A stretch of 64,000 nucleotides of DNA from Okamejei kenojei. Taxonomy: Eukaryota. The notes under the pieces are model-generated. The model saw only the letters and a program-made list of their open reading frames with translations. It was not told the DNA's origin and searched no databases. The DNA lies in NCBI GenBank assembly GCA_035221665.1, contig CM069174.1:9982001-10046000 (forward strand). The letters run 5' to 3'. This document shows positions 51,213 through 64,000 of this stretch, piece after piece (positions within the stretch are counted from its first letter, which is position 1; every line of letters starts with the position of its first letter). The translations under genes were made by a program, and so were the position numbers.

Positions 51213-54200
51213 TCATACGGGCATTCCAAACCGGATCTGAGAATATTCCACCTCTTAACTTTATTACTAAAAACTTGAACAAAAAGCCCTTTGATATTTG
51301 GCCATCTCCATTGCCGGCACCTCCTTGGAGGCAATTTGCATGATCAGTTAGAGTACGTCATGGTCGAGTTAATTCTCGGAGAGTATAAAAAGCACTTCCC
51401 ATAAATAGCTCCATTCATTACGGAAAATTTATGGGGATCATATGTAACAATGTAAAATGCATTAATTACATTTTGGTGGAGTCAGATAATCATGCATCAT
51501 TTGTCTAATTGCTCAGTGACAAGCTGTCTGCTCATCATTAATATGCTGAATGAAATGGTCAGTAACAGCATATGCAACTGAGATAGGGGCTGCACACCTA
51601 TACCTGGGTTTTGACATACATCAACCAGCCCAGTCCATAAAAGATTACTTTGGTTTCCCTTAACACTGCTACGCACAGCAATTATCGCCTTAATTTTTAC
51701 TTAATTCGAGAGTCTTGCCAGTGTTGTATCTAGAATCAACCCATGATTAACAGGAGGAAGGCTGCTGTATGCAATTACAACATTGTAAAAATTACAGTTA
51801 AATTAAGTATCACTGAGTGTGAACATCTCAATGAGATGGTTCTCACGATTCAATGAAAGTGCTTGTCACATTGATTGCCCAGACAACTGGAGCCCCAACA
51901 TGATGAGATGATAGCGATTCAGACATTATTGAATTGGTTACGAGGCAATTGTCATACCTACATTTAAAAAACATTTGTAAGAAGAGTTTAACATTGATTG
52001 GTATAAAGCTTTGCATGGAGGCTTTCATGAAGCATAATAAAAGAGGGATTTTATTGTTCAGATGCTTCATTCTCTGAATCATGTTATACTTTTAGCACAG
52101 AGTCACCAAGTGTAATGATGACATCATTTAGCTGTGGAGTCATCCGTTCCTCCCTACATTTATAGCCCATGCCAATGACATCAGGAATACTGTGGAGACC
52201 ATCACTAAAATAAAACAGTCATCAGCCACCCTTGGTTGTAACAAATAACTAGCTAATCAGAAACCCAAAGAGAGAGATAGTCATCAGGGCCTGCCAGTTC
52301 GAAATTAGATGAGAGGGGTTTAAAAAAAATTATCAAGGCCTCAAGTCCAACAGATGAGGAACAAGCAACTCACCCACTTGACCCTTGACGTTAAAGCCCA
52401 TCGCGATGCAAATATGTGCATCAAGTTGAAGGCTTCGATGAAAGAGCAGACAAATGATTTGTAACATAACACACCAACAACAGAAAATTCGAGAGCCACT
52501 TACACGGTACACCTTATACTACGAGCCACCAATTCCACTGATAAACAGACACTCTCACACTTAAGCAAACTTTGCCTCTTATGCAGTGGAATATTCCTGG
52601 CAGACAACAGCAATCCTAAATTTATACAAAGAATAAGAAGGTTGCGGCATATTTATGGCTATTCAAGTTTAGTCAAATGTACTTGAACAGCTCACTTCAC
52701 CCTACTGCTTTCACTGGTGCAGCTAAGGGCAGAATGAAGATATGTCTTCAGTTCTCATCTACATGGCTCTAGACATTCGTTTTAACTCTAGACTCTGTAT
52801 CCCTCTGAACATCAAGGTGAAATCATTCAGCCCCTCGAGCAGCTTCTATCATTCAATTAGATCACAGCCAATTTGTCACTGATTCCATCTACTCATCGTG
52901 GTTACGTCGCCTTCCTTGAACTTAACCAGCACAAAGTCGTATCAATGCATCTGAATTTTTTTAATTAATGTGCAGCTTATACGGCTTCCGCTGGCGTGAT
53001 AGGAAGAGAAACCAGTTCCACATTTCCACTATCCTATAAGTGAAGTGTATCCTGTTTTCATTCCTGAATGTCCCATCTACAAATTTAACAGCGTGGCCAC
53101 CTTATTCTGGACTTCCAAAATAAAAACATCTTAAAGGAAAGCACTAAAATTCTTGGATGGAAGTAGAGGTAGATTTCCACCTTTGCTTGAATGCAGCGGT
53201 CCATAGTTCACCATCTTGTTTTTTATTATTACACCTTCATCCAGGGATTGAAAACAACGATTTAGAATCAATGTCACAAAATGATGGCTATTTAACAGTT
53301 TTAATAGGAGCAACCTACAAGGCTAAAATCCGTGAATATTTGGTGGTGAGCACTAAAGGCATGATCACACCAAAACTGAATACAGGGATCACTGCTGCAA
53401 AATAAGCCTCTTGCAAATTAATTACTACTTTGCATAAATTGATCTAGACCATGCAAGGACAGGTCAGAAGATGGGTGTCCTGTAGTGAGTGACTCACCTC
53501 CTGATGCCAAAAAGCTTTTCACACAAAACACAATTTAGATTTGATGGAATACTTGCTTGGGTGAGTGCTTCTTCAACACTTATGGTTGACACCACCCAGG
53601 ACAAAGCAACTGCTGGTTTGGCATTCACCACCAGTGCAGCTTCAGTGTGTATTCCGTGACAATGGAGGACCTGGCGTGGGAGACCACCGTGAGGGAGGGG
53701 TAAGAAAAATGGACAATGGAGGACATGGCATGGGGGGGATCGCCATGAGGGAGGGGGAGAACAAAGGGGGACCTGACGTGGATACTGTGTATACTTTGTA
53801 ACGTTGTCAGCACCCTTATGTGGTGACTTTTGCATACCATGGGTTTGCAAACAAAGAATTTCACTGTGACTTGTTACATGTGACAATAAAGTATTCATTC
53901 ATTCATCCTACCGACAAAATGCAGCTAGCACGCCAACACCACCTCGCAAATAAATGGCTGCTGTCACCAAGAGATAAGGACAATGGGGACTTCATAACCT
54001 GCAGTCACCCCTCCGAGTCACACACTGCCGTGACTTGGAAACATATCACCATTCCTTCATCGTTAATAAAGCTAAATTCTGGAACTCCCTCCCTAGCAGC
54101 TCCAGAAGTACCATTACCAGAAGGTACGAAACAGTTCAAGGCGGCAGACAGCTCACCACTATTGCTGAGTGCAGATATGGGTGGGCAATAAATGTTGATC

Positions 54201-54599
54201 TCGCTCATGATAAACATCCCAACAAAAAATACAATTTCTCCAAACAACAAGGACTTTATTCTGTGTAGACATTGCATTCAACATCAGCACTTTGTTATTT
54301 CTTCACGTTAGCTGTGGCTCAGCGGTCTCTGTTTCAGAATCAGAAACTGCGGCTTTAAATCGCACACTAGAGATTCCAGAACCCAAGAAGAACCGCACTA
54401 ACCGTGAAACTGCCTTTCAGAGATGTTAAATCAAAGCCTCATCTGCTCTTTCAGGTCGATATAAACTATCATATTGTGAAATGAGAAGACAGCAAATGCT
54501 GAAAATATGAATTGAAAATAGAAAGTACCAGAAAATATTAAATTGCAAAAGAAATTACAATTCAAAATAAAGGGAGCTACGAATAAATGGGAATGGCAG

Positions 54600-54745
54600 A
54601 ATCAGTGCAGGAAATGACTGAACTTGGTGACAAAGTCCAGAAGACTACAACGTGCCTAGTCAGATAAGATTCTGTTCCTCAAGCTCAAATTGAGTTTTGT
54701 TGGAACAGCAGAGGAGGTCAAAGACAAAGAGGTTGAAGTGAACAT
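54600..54745 (-). mobile_element. Penelope-like GIY-YIG C-terminal relic
   Basis: Minus strand reads approximately DLLCCSNKTQFELEEQNLI.LGTL..SG, resembling the PLE endonuclease C-terminus. Confidence 0.5.
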
Positions 54746-56099
54746 GCATTGCGTTGGCGATTTAAGAAATCCCATCGGATTACATCCTTGAATGTGGAAG
54801 ATGGTGGAGTGGATGCTGAGGAAAATCTTATCCTACTTCGTGTCACGAGAAATAGTAGCATTCAACTCTTGGACATTGTCATCATTTGTTCTTGTTAAAG
54901 AGAAAGAAAGATGCACTACAGAAATAAATAGTGACAAATAGCTACAATGTTATCTTTGAGTCAGTCCAGGCCCTGTCCTTCACCCCTGACCTTTCTCCAT
55001 CATCCTGCAATTTGTATCTCCAAGTACCGGTCCCTTTAGAAAGCCCCATCTGCCTCCACTGTGCCGTCAAAGAATGTGGAGAAGCGAATCCACAGATCTC
55101 CATCATCCTGCAATTTGTATCTCCAATCTCCTTTGTTGCTCTCACTAATTACCTTAAATTTGCTTCTTAACTCTCACGTTTGAGTGCTCTGAACTAATTA
55201 TAAACTTACTTTATCACACAACGTCTCCAACCAGTGGCTAGTTGGCATGATTATCTATGTTGGCTGAATTTGTAACTTTAAAAGACATGACTTGAATCAG
55301 TGGAGTTGGTAAAAGGAAAAACAGAGCTTCAAAGGACAAGAATAGAACTTGCAACACGTGAGAAAGTTCAGAGTTTTTAATCTGGTGCTTTGGTCAAAGA
55401 GAACCTGTACAAGCAGGCTGTTATATAGCACACATTGTCTTCATTTAATAATCTTCTTAACTTAGTAGGTCAAGGGTCCTGGATAATTTTTAAACACCTC
55501 ATGGACTGTTGTTTGACACAGCACTTATGTAAAATATTGACCCACTGCTGTGGAAAGGGGCAGTTTTTAACTGCAAATTGTCTAAATGGTCAAAAGCTTG
55601 CTTGGGAGTTCTGCAAGCGGTTGGGGAGTCAGGTGTGCATAGTGTACAGGGAAGCAAGCGAGAGTAATCTCTGGCATGCAAATTTAAATACTCATTTGTA
55701 CGTATTGAAGCTTGCACATCTTGCACCAGTATGTGGGCTTTAGTAAAATGGATGCAACCAATCACGACAGTCAGCAGGCTGAACAGTCAGTTAAAGTCTT
55801 GCATGCACAATATACTGAGTCACAGAGAGAACAGACAGAAAGGCTTCCCTCACATGCATGAAAGGTGAAAACAAAACACGTACATTTCATTTTTGGTTTA
55901 AATACAGTACACTAAAACAAACCAGACACTTTTATACAAAACCAGGTGGATAGAGTGAGTAAAACTATTTTTCTCCTGGCTCTCAATGATATACAATAGT
56001 CAAAACAGGCAATAGCATGGACAACGTTCATGAGAATACACTGGCCCTTTATGTTAGCAAGCTACAAAAACTGTTCAATGACTAAACAAAGTTTTTTTA

Positions 56100-56700
56100 G
56101 AACATAGAAAAGAGCAGCACATAAACAGCCTATCCCATAAAGTCCACGCTGAACATGATGCCAAGACCATCACTTATCTACCTGCACAAAATTCATATCC
56201 CTCCATCCCCGGCATATGCATATGCCTATCCAAAAGTTTATTAAATGCGACTATCATATCTGCTTAATCCACCACCCCCAGCAGCATGTTCCAGGCACAC
56301 GTTCTATCTACTAGTGTTGCCACTTTCACAGAGTTATGGACTTGGACCCCAAGATTCCTCTGTACATCAATGTTGTTAGGGATCATGCCATTGTGTATTT
56401 TTCCCTTACATTTGACCTCACAAAATGCAACACATCACTCTTGCTTGGATTAACTCCACCTGTCATTTCTCCAGCTGATCTATATCCCGCTGTATATTTT
56501 GATAGCCTTCCTCACAATCTACAACCACAATATATATCATAAACAGAGGCTCTAGCACAACTCCTCTGGTCATAGACCTTCAGCCAGGATTTCTCACTTC
56601 CACCACAACTGTGTCTTCCATCAGCAAGCCAGTTCCAATTCCATATGACAAGTCAATATTAGTTCCATGTATCTTAATCTTCTGAATCATCCTTTGAATG
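56100..56700 (-). mobile_element. Degenerate, internally deleted CR1 fragment
   Basis: tagaacatagaa tail plus antisense RT pieces. Confidence 0.5.
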
Positions 56701-57019
56701 TATTCTGGTGAATACATTATATATGCCTCGGTTAGCAATGCTTCATGTTATTATTCTGTTAGGAAACAGCAAAGTTGCGTCTTCCCCACATTTCTTGCGT
56801 TCACCATTAGAAGGAACACCACTGCTAGCAATAGGTCTCCGATCCATCCATGCTTCTGCGAAGAAGCTGTGTCTACACTTACATTATTGTACTGTGGTCT
56901 AGGGCAAAATATGTAAAGCCACAACGTTGGTATTCATCAGCACTCTGCTGCTCCCACAACTCAACATCATCACATTCCTTATTGCGATCTCGCTGGCTCT
57001 CCACTGGACCACAACAAAA

Positions 57020-58620
57020 CACACGTCAGGCTGTTGTTCATAGACTACACTTCGGAGTTCAACATCATCATCCCCTCCAAACTTGTTACCAAGCACAGGG
57101 AACTGGGTCTCTGCGCATCCCTTTGTAACTGGATACTCTACTTCCTCATGAACAGAACACAGTTGGTACAAATTGGCTACAATACTTCCTCCTCAATAAC
57201 CATTAACACAGAGGCACCAAAATGATGTGTGTTCAGTCCCTTGCTCTGCTCACTCTATACCCATGACTGTATAGCCAGACACAGTTGCAACACCAACTTT
57301 AAATTCGCCGATGACGCCACCATTGCTGGATGAATTATGGATGATGAGTCAGTGAAGAGGGAGATCAATCGTCTGATTGAATGGTACCAGAAGAACAACC
57401 TTGTTCACAATATCAGTAAAACCAAGGAACTCTTTGTTGACTTTAGAAGAGGCAGGCCGAGGATCCACAAACCCGTCTTCAACAATAGGTCAGTGGAGGT
57501 CAGTCAACAACTTCAAATTCCTGGGCATGCATATAGAAACATAGAAAATAGGTGCAGGAGGAGGCCATTCAGCCCTTCGTGCCAGCACCGTCATTCATTG
57601 TGATCATGGCTGATCGTCCCCAATCAATAACCCGTGCCTGCCTTCTCCCCATATCCCTTGATTCCACCAGCCCCTAGAGCTCTATCTAACTCTCTCTTAA
57701 ATCCATATCTCTGAAGATCTGACCTAGACCCAGCACATTGATGCAATCATTAAAAAAAACACTAATGCCTCAATTTCCTTAGAAGATTGAGGAGATTTGG
57801 TATGTCGACAAATACTCTCTTGAACATCTACGGGTGTATGGAAGACAGCATATTGACCGGTTACATCACTGCCTGGTTCGGCCTTCATTAGTCAGAACAT
57901 GAGTATAGAGGTTGGGATGTCATGTTGCAGTTGTACAAGACGTAGGTGAGACCGCATTTAGAGTATTGTGTTCAGTTTTGGGCACCATTTAGAGGAAAGA
58001 TGGTGTCAAGCTGGAACGGGTGCAGAGAAGATTTACAATGGCCTGCGCTATGGGGAGAGGTTGAGCAAGCTGGGACTCCATTTCTTTGAGCACAGGAGGA
58101 TGACAGGTGATCTTTATACAGGTGTACAAAATCATGAGGGGAATAGATCGGGTAGATGCACAGAGTCTCTTGCCCAGAGTAGGGGAATCGAGAACCAGAG
58201 GACATAGGTTTAAGGTGAGGGGGAAAAATTCCATAAGAATCGGAGGGGAACATTTTCACGCAAAGGCCGTTATGTGCAAGGAACGAACAGGTAATTGGTG
58301 CAGGTACTATCGCAATGTTTAACAAATATTTAGACAGGTACATGGATAGGACAGGTTTAGAGGGATAGGGGCCAAACGCAGGTAGGTCGGACTAGTGTAA
58401 ATGGGACATGTTGGCAGGTGTGGGTAAGTTTGGCCGAAGGGCCAGTTTCCACGCTGTAAGATTCTATGACTCTATAACTTGAGACTCTATAGTGTAACAG
58501 AATCGATGGAGATTACAAAAAAGTGATCACTGCCCGGTCCATCACAGTTACTGGCCTCCACCATCCAGGAGATCTATAGGAGAAGCTGCCTTAAAAAGTC
58601 AACCTGCACCATTAAGGACC
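57020..58620 (+). mobile_element. Rex/Babar-like LINE RT fragment interrupted by two CR1 insertions (57535-57703 minus; ~57882-58475 plus)
   Basis: FIDYTSEFNIIIPSKLVTK..LCNWIL.FL, KFADDATI, NNLVHNISKTKELFVDFRR; the host sequence resumes after each insert. Confidence 0.75.
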
Positions 58621-60888
58621 CCCCCCCCCACCAGACAATATTCTGTCCATTGCATTCACACGCGGCTGGAGGGTGCAACTTTGGGCAGCTTTCTTGCCAG
58701 CATTAGCAAGGAGGTGCAATTCAAAAATAGGATTATTTTCCATCCACCACCTTCATGATTTCCATGCCTTTTGTCAAGACACTCCTTCAGAGCTATTATT
58801 TTGACCAAGTCTTAAGTTCTTGTGCCTGATGACAATTGTTTAATTGACATTCAAGAAGCAACTCAGGACATTTTACTAATACAAATGTTATTTCTTTGCA
58901 GGCTTCCCAATCATACAGGAACCATAATAAAGCCCCAAAGGAAACTTGTAATTTCAACAATACACAATTTTAAGCCCAAACATTTTTTGCATTTCTCCCC
59001 AGCTTCATTTAGCCCATTTTTAGGACCACGTCTAAAAGCATTTAGGCCACAAATTCTGAAATTCCTTTCCTCTATTAGTTCGCTGATGAAGCTTTGGGTC
59101 ATCTCCCCCAATATGCAGTTCAGGATCTTGTTTTTTTTTTAAATTAAGTTCACTTGAGACACATTACGATGTTTTCCTAAATTAATAACACAATTGCTAT
59201 TGATTTTCAACCATTCAACCAACATAGCTCGTCTTCATCCTGGTTACAATCACTAACAGAAACTTTAATCTGTAACAAGTTCACTTGATACGATTCCACT
59301 TGTGCAACATGTGTTTGTTAAGTATTAAGTATTACAAACAATGAAATAAATGACTTGTGGCATTGCTTTGAGAAATGGATAAACATCGAGCAAGCACAGT
59401 AGTATTCTTGTCCAACCAAGTGGGTTCCTGACTCTGCCAAAGATGCAAGCTAGCTCAGGGAATACAAACAATGCTGACATTTATTGCCTCCTCTCTAATT
59501 ACCCTGAGTGGTGGTATGACTTTGAATTGACTCAAGGTATTAGCAATGAAGACACTCCGATAGCCTGTAGTGAAATCTTCTCTCTTACCCACAGTCTTCT
59601 GATTCTCCGCAGCAAGCACACTAAAAATGTCATTCAAGACCTCACCTGCAAGACCACTGGTTTTCAATGTTCTGCAGAAAGTGCAAGGGATTACACAAGG
59701 ATCAAGAGATTCCCAGTTCCATCTCCCAAAGTAAGCAGTGATCCCGACTGCAGAGAACAACAACTACTTGGCTAAAATGTTTACTATGTTAATAGAAAAT
59801 TGAGGAACAAACACCATCCCCAACCCCCCTACCCCAACCTCCGAGCAGCTTCAGTTGTATGTTTTGTAATTAAGAGGCACCAAAGCCAAATCTTTCAAAA
59901 TGGGGCATGGCGTCCTTGCTAAATAAAACTTCATTTCAGTGATTAAGAAACTGCAGTATTGGAGATAGACCGATTAATATTGTATCCATTTTGTTGCTGC
60001 TCAGTGTTACAGCTGTGTGCTGCCCTTGGGCAGGAATCCATTATAAACAAGCTAGCTAAGAGTCCTTGCACAACATTTCAAAAATTATACTTAAAAGTTG
60101 CAGAACGTCTTAACAGTAGCTTTAGTGGGATAAAAGATAAAAAAATAAGCACTGCCAAAGGGGTCAGCACAGCATTACAATAGAAATTAATAAACAAAAG
60201 CCTAAACCACAATTATACAGTGAGAGTATACAGTAGTGTACGCCCCATTACATTCCCCAAGACCTTTAAGTACATTAGTTAACCATAAAACCAGCGGAAC
60301 CATCTAATTCATAGAGACCAATAATTACAGTACCACCGCTCCTTGTTTACATTCCACCAAATTAACTATTAGTGAGTTTACATCAAATACTGTGATCGAT
60401 GTAAATTTTAATCAAAGCGGAGCAAAAAAGGATTCTAAATATACCGAGAAATATAACATACGGAGATATGTAGAGTTTAGATAGGAACAGCAGATAGCAA
60501 CCATATGTCGTATGTTTCACCGTAGTTTACCAGGTATCAGCAGAAGAATGCACGTACTATGTTGCAGCTGACTTTTTTTCCCCAAAAAAAACTGTAATTA
60601 CGAACGAATTGTGTTTGATGACCTGCACAGCTACTGGTTAACGGGGCAATATATCACTCCAAAAAGATAAATAAAGAGGTGGCATTTAACACAACATGAT
60701 TCATCAACTGATCACTGGCTCTGACGAAAATTTACCGGCGACTATCCCGGAAACCGCATCATAAACGGTGTCAAGGCTTGTTTATAGCCAGCCCGACCAT
60801 TAAACAGCAGCAAATAAAAAACAACGTTCTGCCACCCTTGCAATTACGGATTAACAATAAGGCACAAACAAAAAAGGAATTTCCCTAC

Positions 60889-61300
60889 CTTAAGTGTAGA
60901 TTATAATCGTCAGGTTCCCTTCTACTTAAGTGCTGTACAGGGATTTAAATGGCGCTTGTCTGATAGTCTTCTTTTTTTCCAGAGCAGGCTTTACAGAATA
61001 AATATAAATATATATATATATATATTTATTCTGTAAATATATTGTGTGCATATAAATATATATATATTCAGCCCCTTTTCCAAACAGATCTGCGTTAATG
61101 AAAGTGGTTTTTTTTGGTCGGTAGAAGTGTTTGCGTTTGTTCTGATCAGCGTGGTGGGCAGGCAATGGCTTGGAGGTAGGTGCGGGTGGGGTGGGGTGGG
61201 GGGTCGGGGACTGGATGAAATCTTCCGGTAAAAAGGACTTGCCGCAGCCCCTGCTCGGAACCGCTACTATGTAGCGCCCTATCTAACAATGGGCTCGACG
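60889..61300 (-). other. CSRNP2: Probable non-coding first exon of CSRNP2 (5' boundary approximate)
   Basis: Minus-strand donor AAG|gtaggg at 60889/60888 inside a CpG-rich region, directly downstream of a CRE/CCAAT cluster; the first coding exon has an acceptor, so an upstream exon is required. Confidence 0.5.
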
Positions 61301-61700
61301 TTCCTCATCGCCGATATTTATTGACGCAACGTCAGCCGGCGAAGCTGAGCGCCTGCGTGAGGCGTCCAATGCATGCTGGGGCTTGTGGTCCGCCTTTCTT
61401 GTACAGGTTCTGTTTTTTTTTCCCTTGTACACTTATTCAAAGAACCTTCCAATAGAGTCCTAAACCTGCAAATGTTGAAATTCCGAAATACAAAAACGAA
61501 AATGCTCCGATCAAGCAACACGTGTGGAGAGAGAAACAGATAATTCACGTTTCAATTCATGAGAACTTGCAGTGAAATGCACACTCGCAAACGTCACGTG
61601 AAGTTCTGACCAACGCTGCCGTCAGCACAGGTAAACAATCATTCATTCATGACACGTGGCTGTAAGTGTGTAAAGAACGATGTGGGAATTCGCACACCCT
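61240..61700. promoter_or_regulatory. CpG-rich putative CSRNP2 promoter
   Basis: TGACGCAACGTCA 61322-61334, CCAAT 61366-61370, CACGTG at 61519, 61595 and 61653; high CpG density from ~60.6 to 62.4 kb. Confidence 0.55.
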
Positions 61701-62512
61701 CACCCGCCGGCTACGCGATTCCACTGTGAGGGAAAAGTCACCTAGTGTACACGGCATTTTTTTAAAAACTATTTGAACGATTTGTTGTCCTGTTGGCTGC
61801 CTCAAAGTTAAGTCCATGGACAGTTGTGAGGAGACCCGCGACACTGTTCTGATGGCCAGGGGAAACGTTTGCGAACTCTCCATCGCAGTCAAACGGGCTA
61901 TCGGAAAAATCGAGGCAGCACAGCTGGTTCGTGCAAGACAGGTAAAATAATTACAAGCGGAAAATGTGATCAGTTTTCAAGCGAGAATAAAAACACTTAT
62001 TTTCATGTCACACCAAATTTAAAAGAATAATTTCTGACTTACCTTCGTAATGACATCTATTTTCGACTAAACGCCTAGCGCTGAAGCCCCGCGATGGTTT
62101 TCAGCACCTTTGTGCCATTGTAACATGTTATTCTAAAGGAGTATTCCTTGACAGGGTGAAAAAAGATGAATATAACGCTACCCCCATCAGCATCCAAACA
62201 ATATTTATATCTCACGGGTTAATACTCCAGATGATCAGCGAAGTTGCACTCGTTACAGCTTCAAAACCAGTGAGCGCGAGAATTTGAGTCGATCCACCTT
62301 TTTCAGTCTCTATGCGCCCAGTTAATTTCTCTGATTCACTCCTGCCTTCACCTCGCGTCCATTAATCTCCGTGTTGCTCCGAAAGCAAAATACAGAAGAT
62401 GCTCGAAATCTGAATTTAAAACAGAAAATGCTGAAACTACGGCATCAAGCCATTCAGTATATGTGAAGCAACAGAATTAACGTTTATGGTCAATTAACTT
62501 TCATCAGAACTA

Positions 62513-62676
62513 GATAGACACAAAAATGTTGGAGTAACTCAGCGGGATAGGCAGCATCTCCGGAGAGAAGGAATGGGTGACGTTTCGGGTCGAGACCCTG
62601 CTTCAGACGACTGAAGAAGTGTCTCGACCCGAAACGTCACCGATTTAAACCAGCATCTGCAGTTCTTTCCTACACA
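62513..62676 (+). mobile_element. Penelope-derived element with head-to-head hammerhead-like cores, nested in an older element of the same class (~62395-62730)
   Basis: 14-bp TSD TTTCATCAGAACTA (62499-62512, 62677-62690); CTGAAGA-AGTGTCTCGACCC-GAAACGTC at 62611-62638. Confidence 0.85.
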
Positions 62677-62734
62677 TTTCATCAGAACTATCCAGTTTCT
62701 CCCTCCACATAAGCTGCCAGAGCTGCATAGTTCA

Positions 62735-62865
62735 TATGTCAGAGGAGCAGAATTGGGCCATTTAGCCCATCTAGTCTACTCTGCCATTCAATCATGGCTG
62801 ATCTATCTTTCCCTCTCAGCCCCATTCTCCTGCCTTTTCCCCATAACCCTCGACACCCTTACTCA
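62735..62865 (-). mobile_element. CR1 3'-end fragment
   Basis: ggagcagaattgggccatt...ccattcaatcatggctgatcta; a similar copy is at 29460-29575. Confidence 0.65.
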
Positions 62866-64000
62866 TCAACAGTATTTCTAGCATCATTTTTATTCCCCTC
62901 GCCTCTCCATCACTGGCCCCATTTCAACAAAATAAGAGGGCAGAGGAATGCTCCCAACACCAAATGTCCTCTGTCCATTCCCTCCAAAGATGATGCGTTG
63001 CCCGCTGAATTCCTCCAGCATTTTATGCTTGATAAAATTAAAACATACGTACCTGACAACAAAGGATTCTTCTATTCAAACTCAGAGATTATAAAATGCA
63101 GAGCAGAGTACAAGGATTTTTAAAAAATGTAACAAATAAAATCCCTCTTCCTGCGATTCTGTATTGAGTATGATCAAGAAGTTAACATGGATTCAACTTT
63201 CTGTAAAGTTTAAGGAAAGGAACTTGGTGAACTTCAGAGTTGGGGCACTAACGGCATGATTTGAGTCCACTTTGTATGGTAGCATGATTGGCAAACCTAA
63301 TTTTTCCCATTTTTTCTCCATTCTCATTTCCTTACAACATGGGAGGCTTTTTGGCCCATCAAAGCAGAGAAAAAATGATCTAATCTGTTCATCCTTGGAT
63401 GTACCCTCACTTTTCTGGGATGATCGTTGTAAATCTCTTCATCCTCTCGAGTGTCCTTTACCCTTTTGTATATGGTGACCAGTGGTCACCCTGTGGTCTA
63501 ACTATGATTCAATACAGGAACATCAGTGCATCTGCCCAGCATTTGTAGTAGGTACACACCATAATCAGTGAAAAAATCTAAAGTGATTAAAAAAAAAACT
63601 ATGCTTGACCCTAGCTAGGACACCAATTCACCTGTATGTGGACATTGGGTTTTGTCTATGGAACTGGAGTGCTACAATGCACTGCAGTGCTGAGAACTAT
63701 ATTCTGTACTCTGTATCTTCCCCATTGTGCTATACTTGAGTTTGACTTGATTGTATTTATGTATGGGAAATCTGATCAATTTGGATAGCATGCAAAACAA
63801 AGTGACACATGACAATAGTAAACTTAAACCTATAAATGCAAGTAATTCTTTAATGAAATACAATTACTTTATTTTTCATTTTAAACGCGAGAGGCACAGG
63901 TAGGATAAGGGAAATGATTTGGGGGTCTCTAAAACTAATGGCTTTGATTGATATTTCAAACAAAATGACCAAGATTTATTGAACCATTTGCTTACACATT

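Overview
Eukaryotic genomic DNA from a vertebrate, most likely a cartilaginous fish (skate/ray); the organism is inferred from the repeat families. The window holds two convergent protein-coding genes that I could assemble from splice sites and homology. LETMD1 (+) has 9 coding exons at 3209-15226 and encodes 357 aa. CSRNP2 (-) has 4 coding exons at 41574-27673 and encodes 564 aa, with a probable 5' non-coding exon and CpG-rich promoter near 60.9-62.3 kb. The same tail-to-tail LETMD1/CSRNP2 pair exists in human. Introns and UTRs are filled with CR1, Rex/Babar, Tx1/L1 and RTE-like LINE fragments, tRNA-derived SINEs and Penelope-like element (PLE) relics. Most ORFs in the supplied track are spurious. 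Three non-genic signals stand out. (1) About a dozen short, often palindromic PLE-derived elements carry minimal hammerhead-ribozyme-like cores (CUGANGA...GAAACGUY); three have 14-15 bp target-site duplications (TSDs) that contain the complement of that core. (2) Two ultra-short (33 and 22 bp) hAT-like elements with perfect 8-bp TSDs lie upstream of LETMD1. (3) A young Tx1/L1 insertion has a 13-bp TSD.
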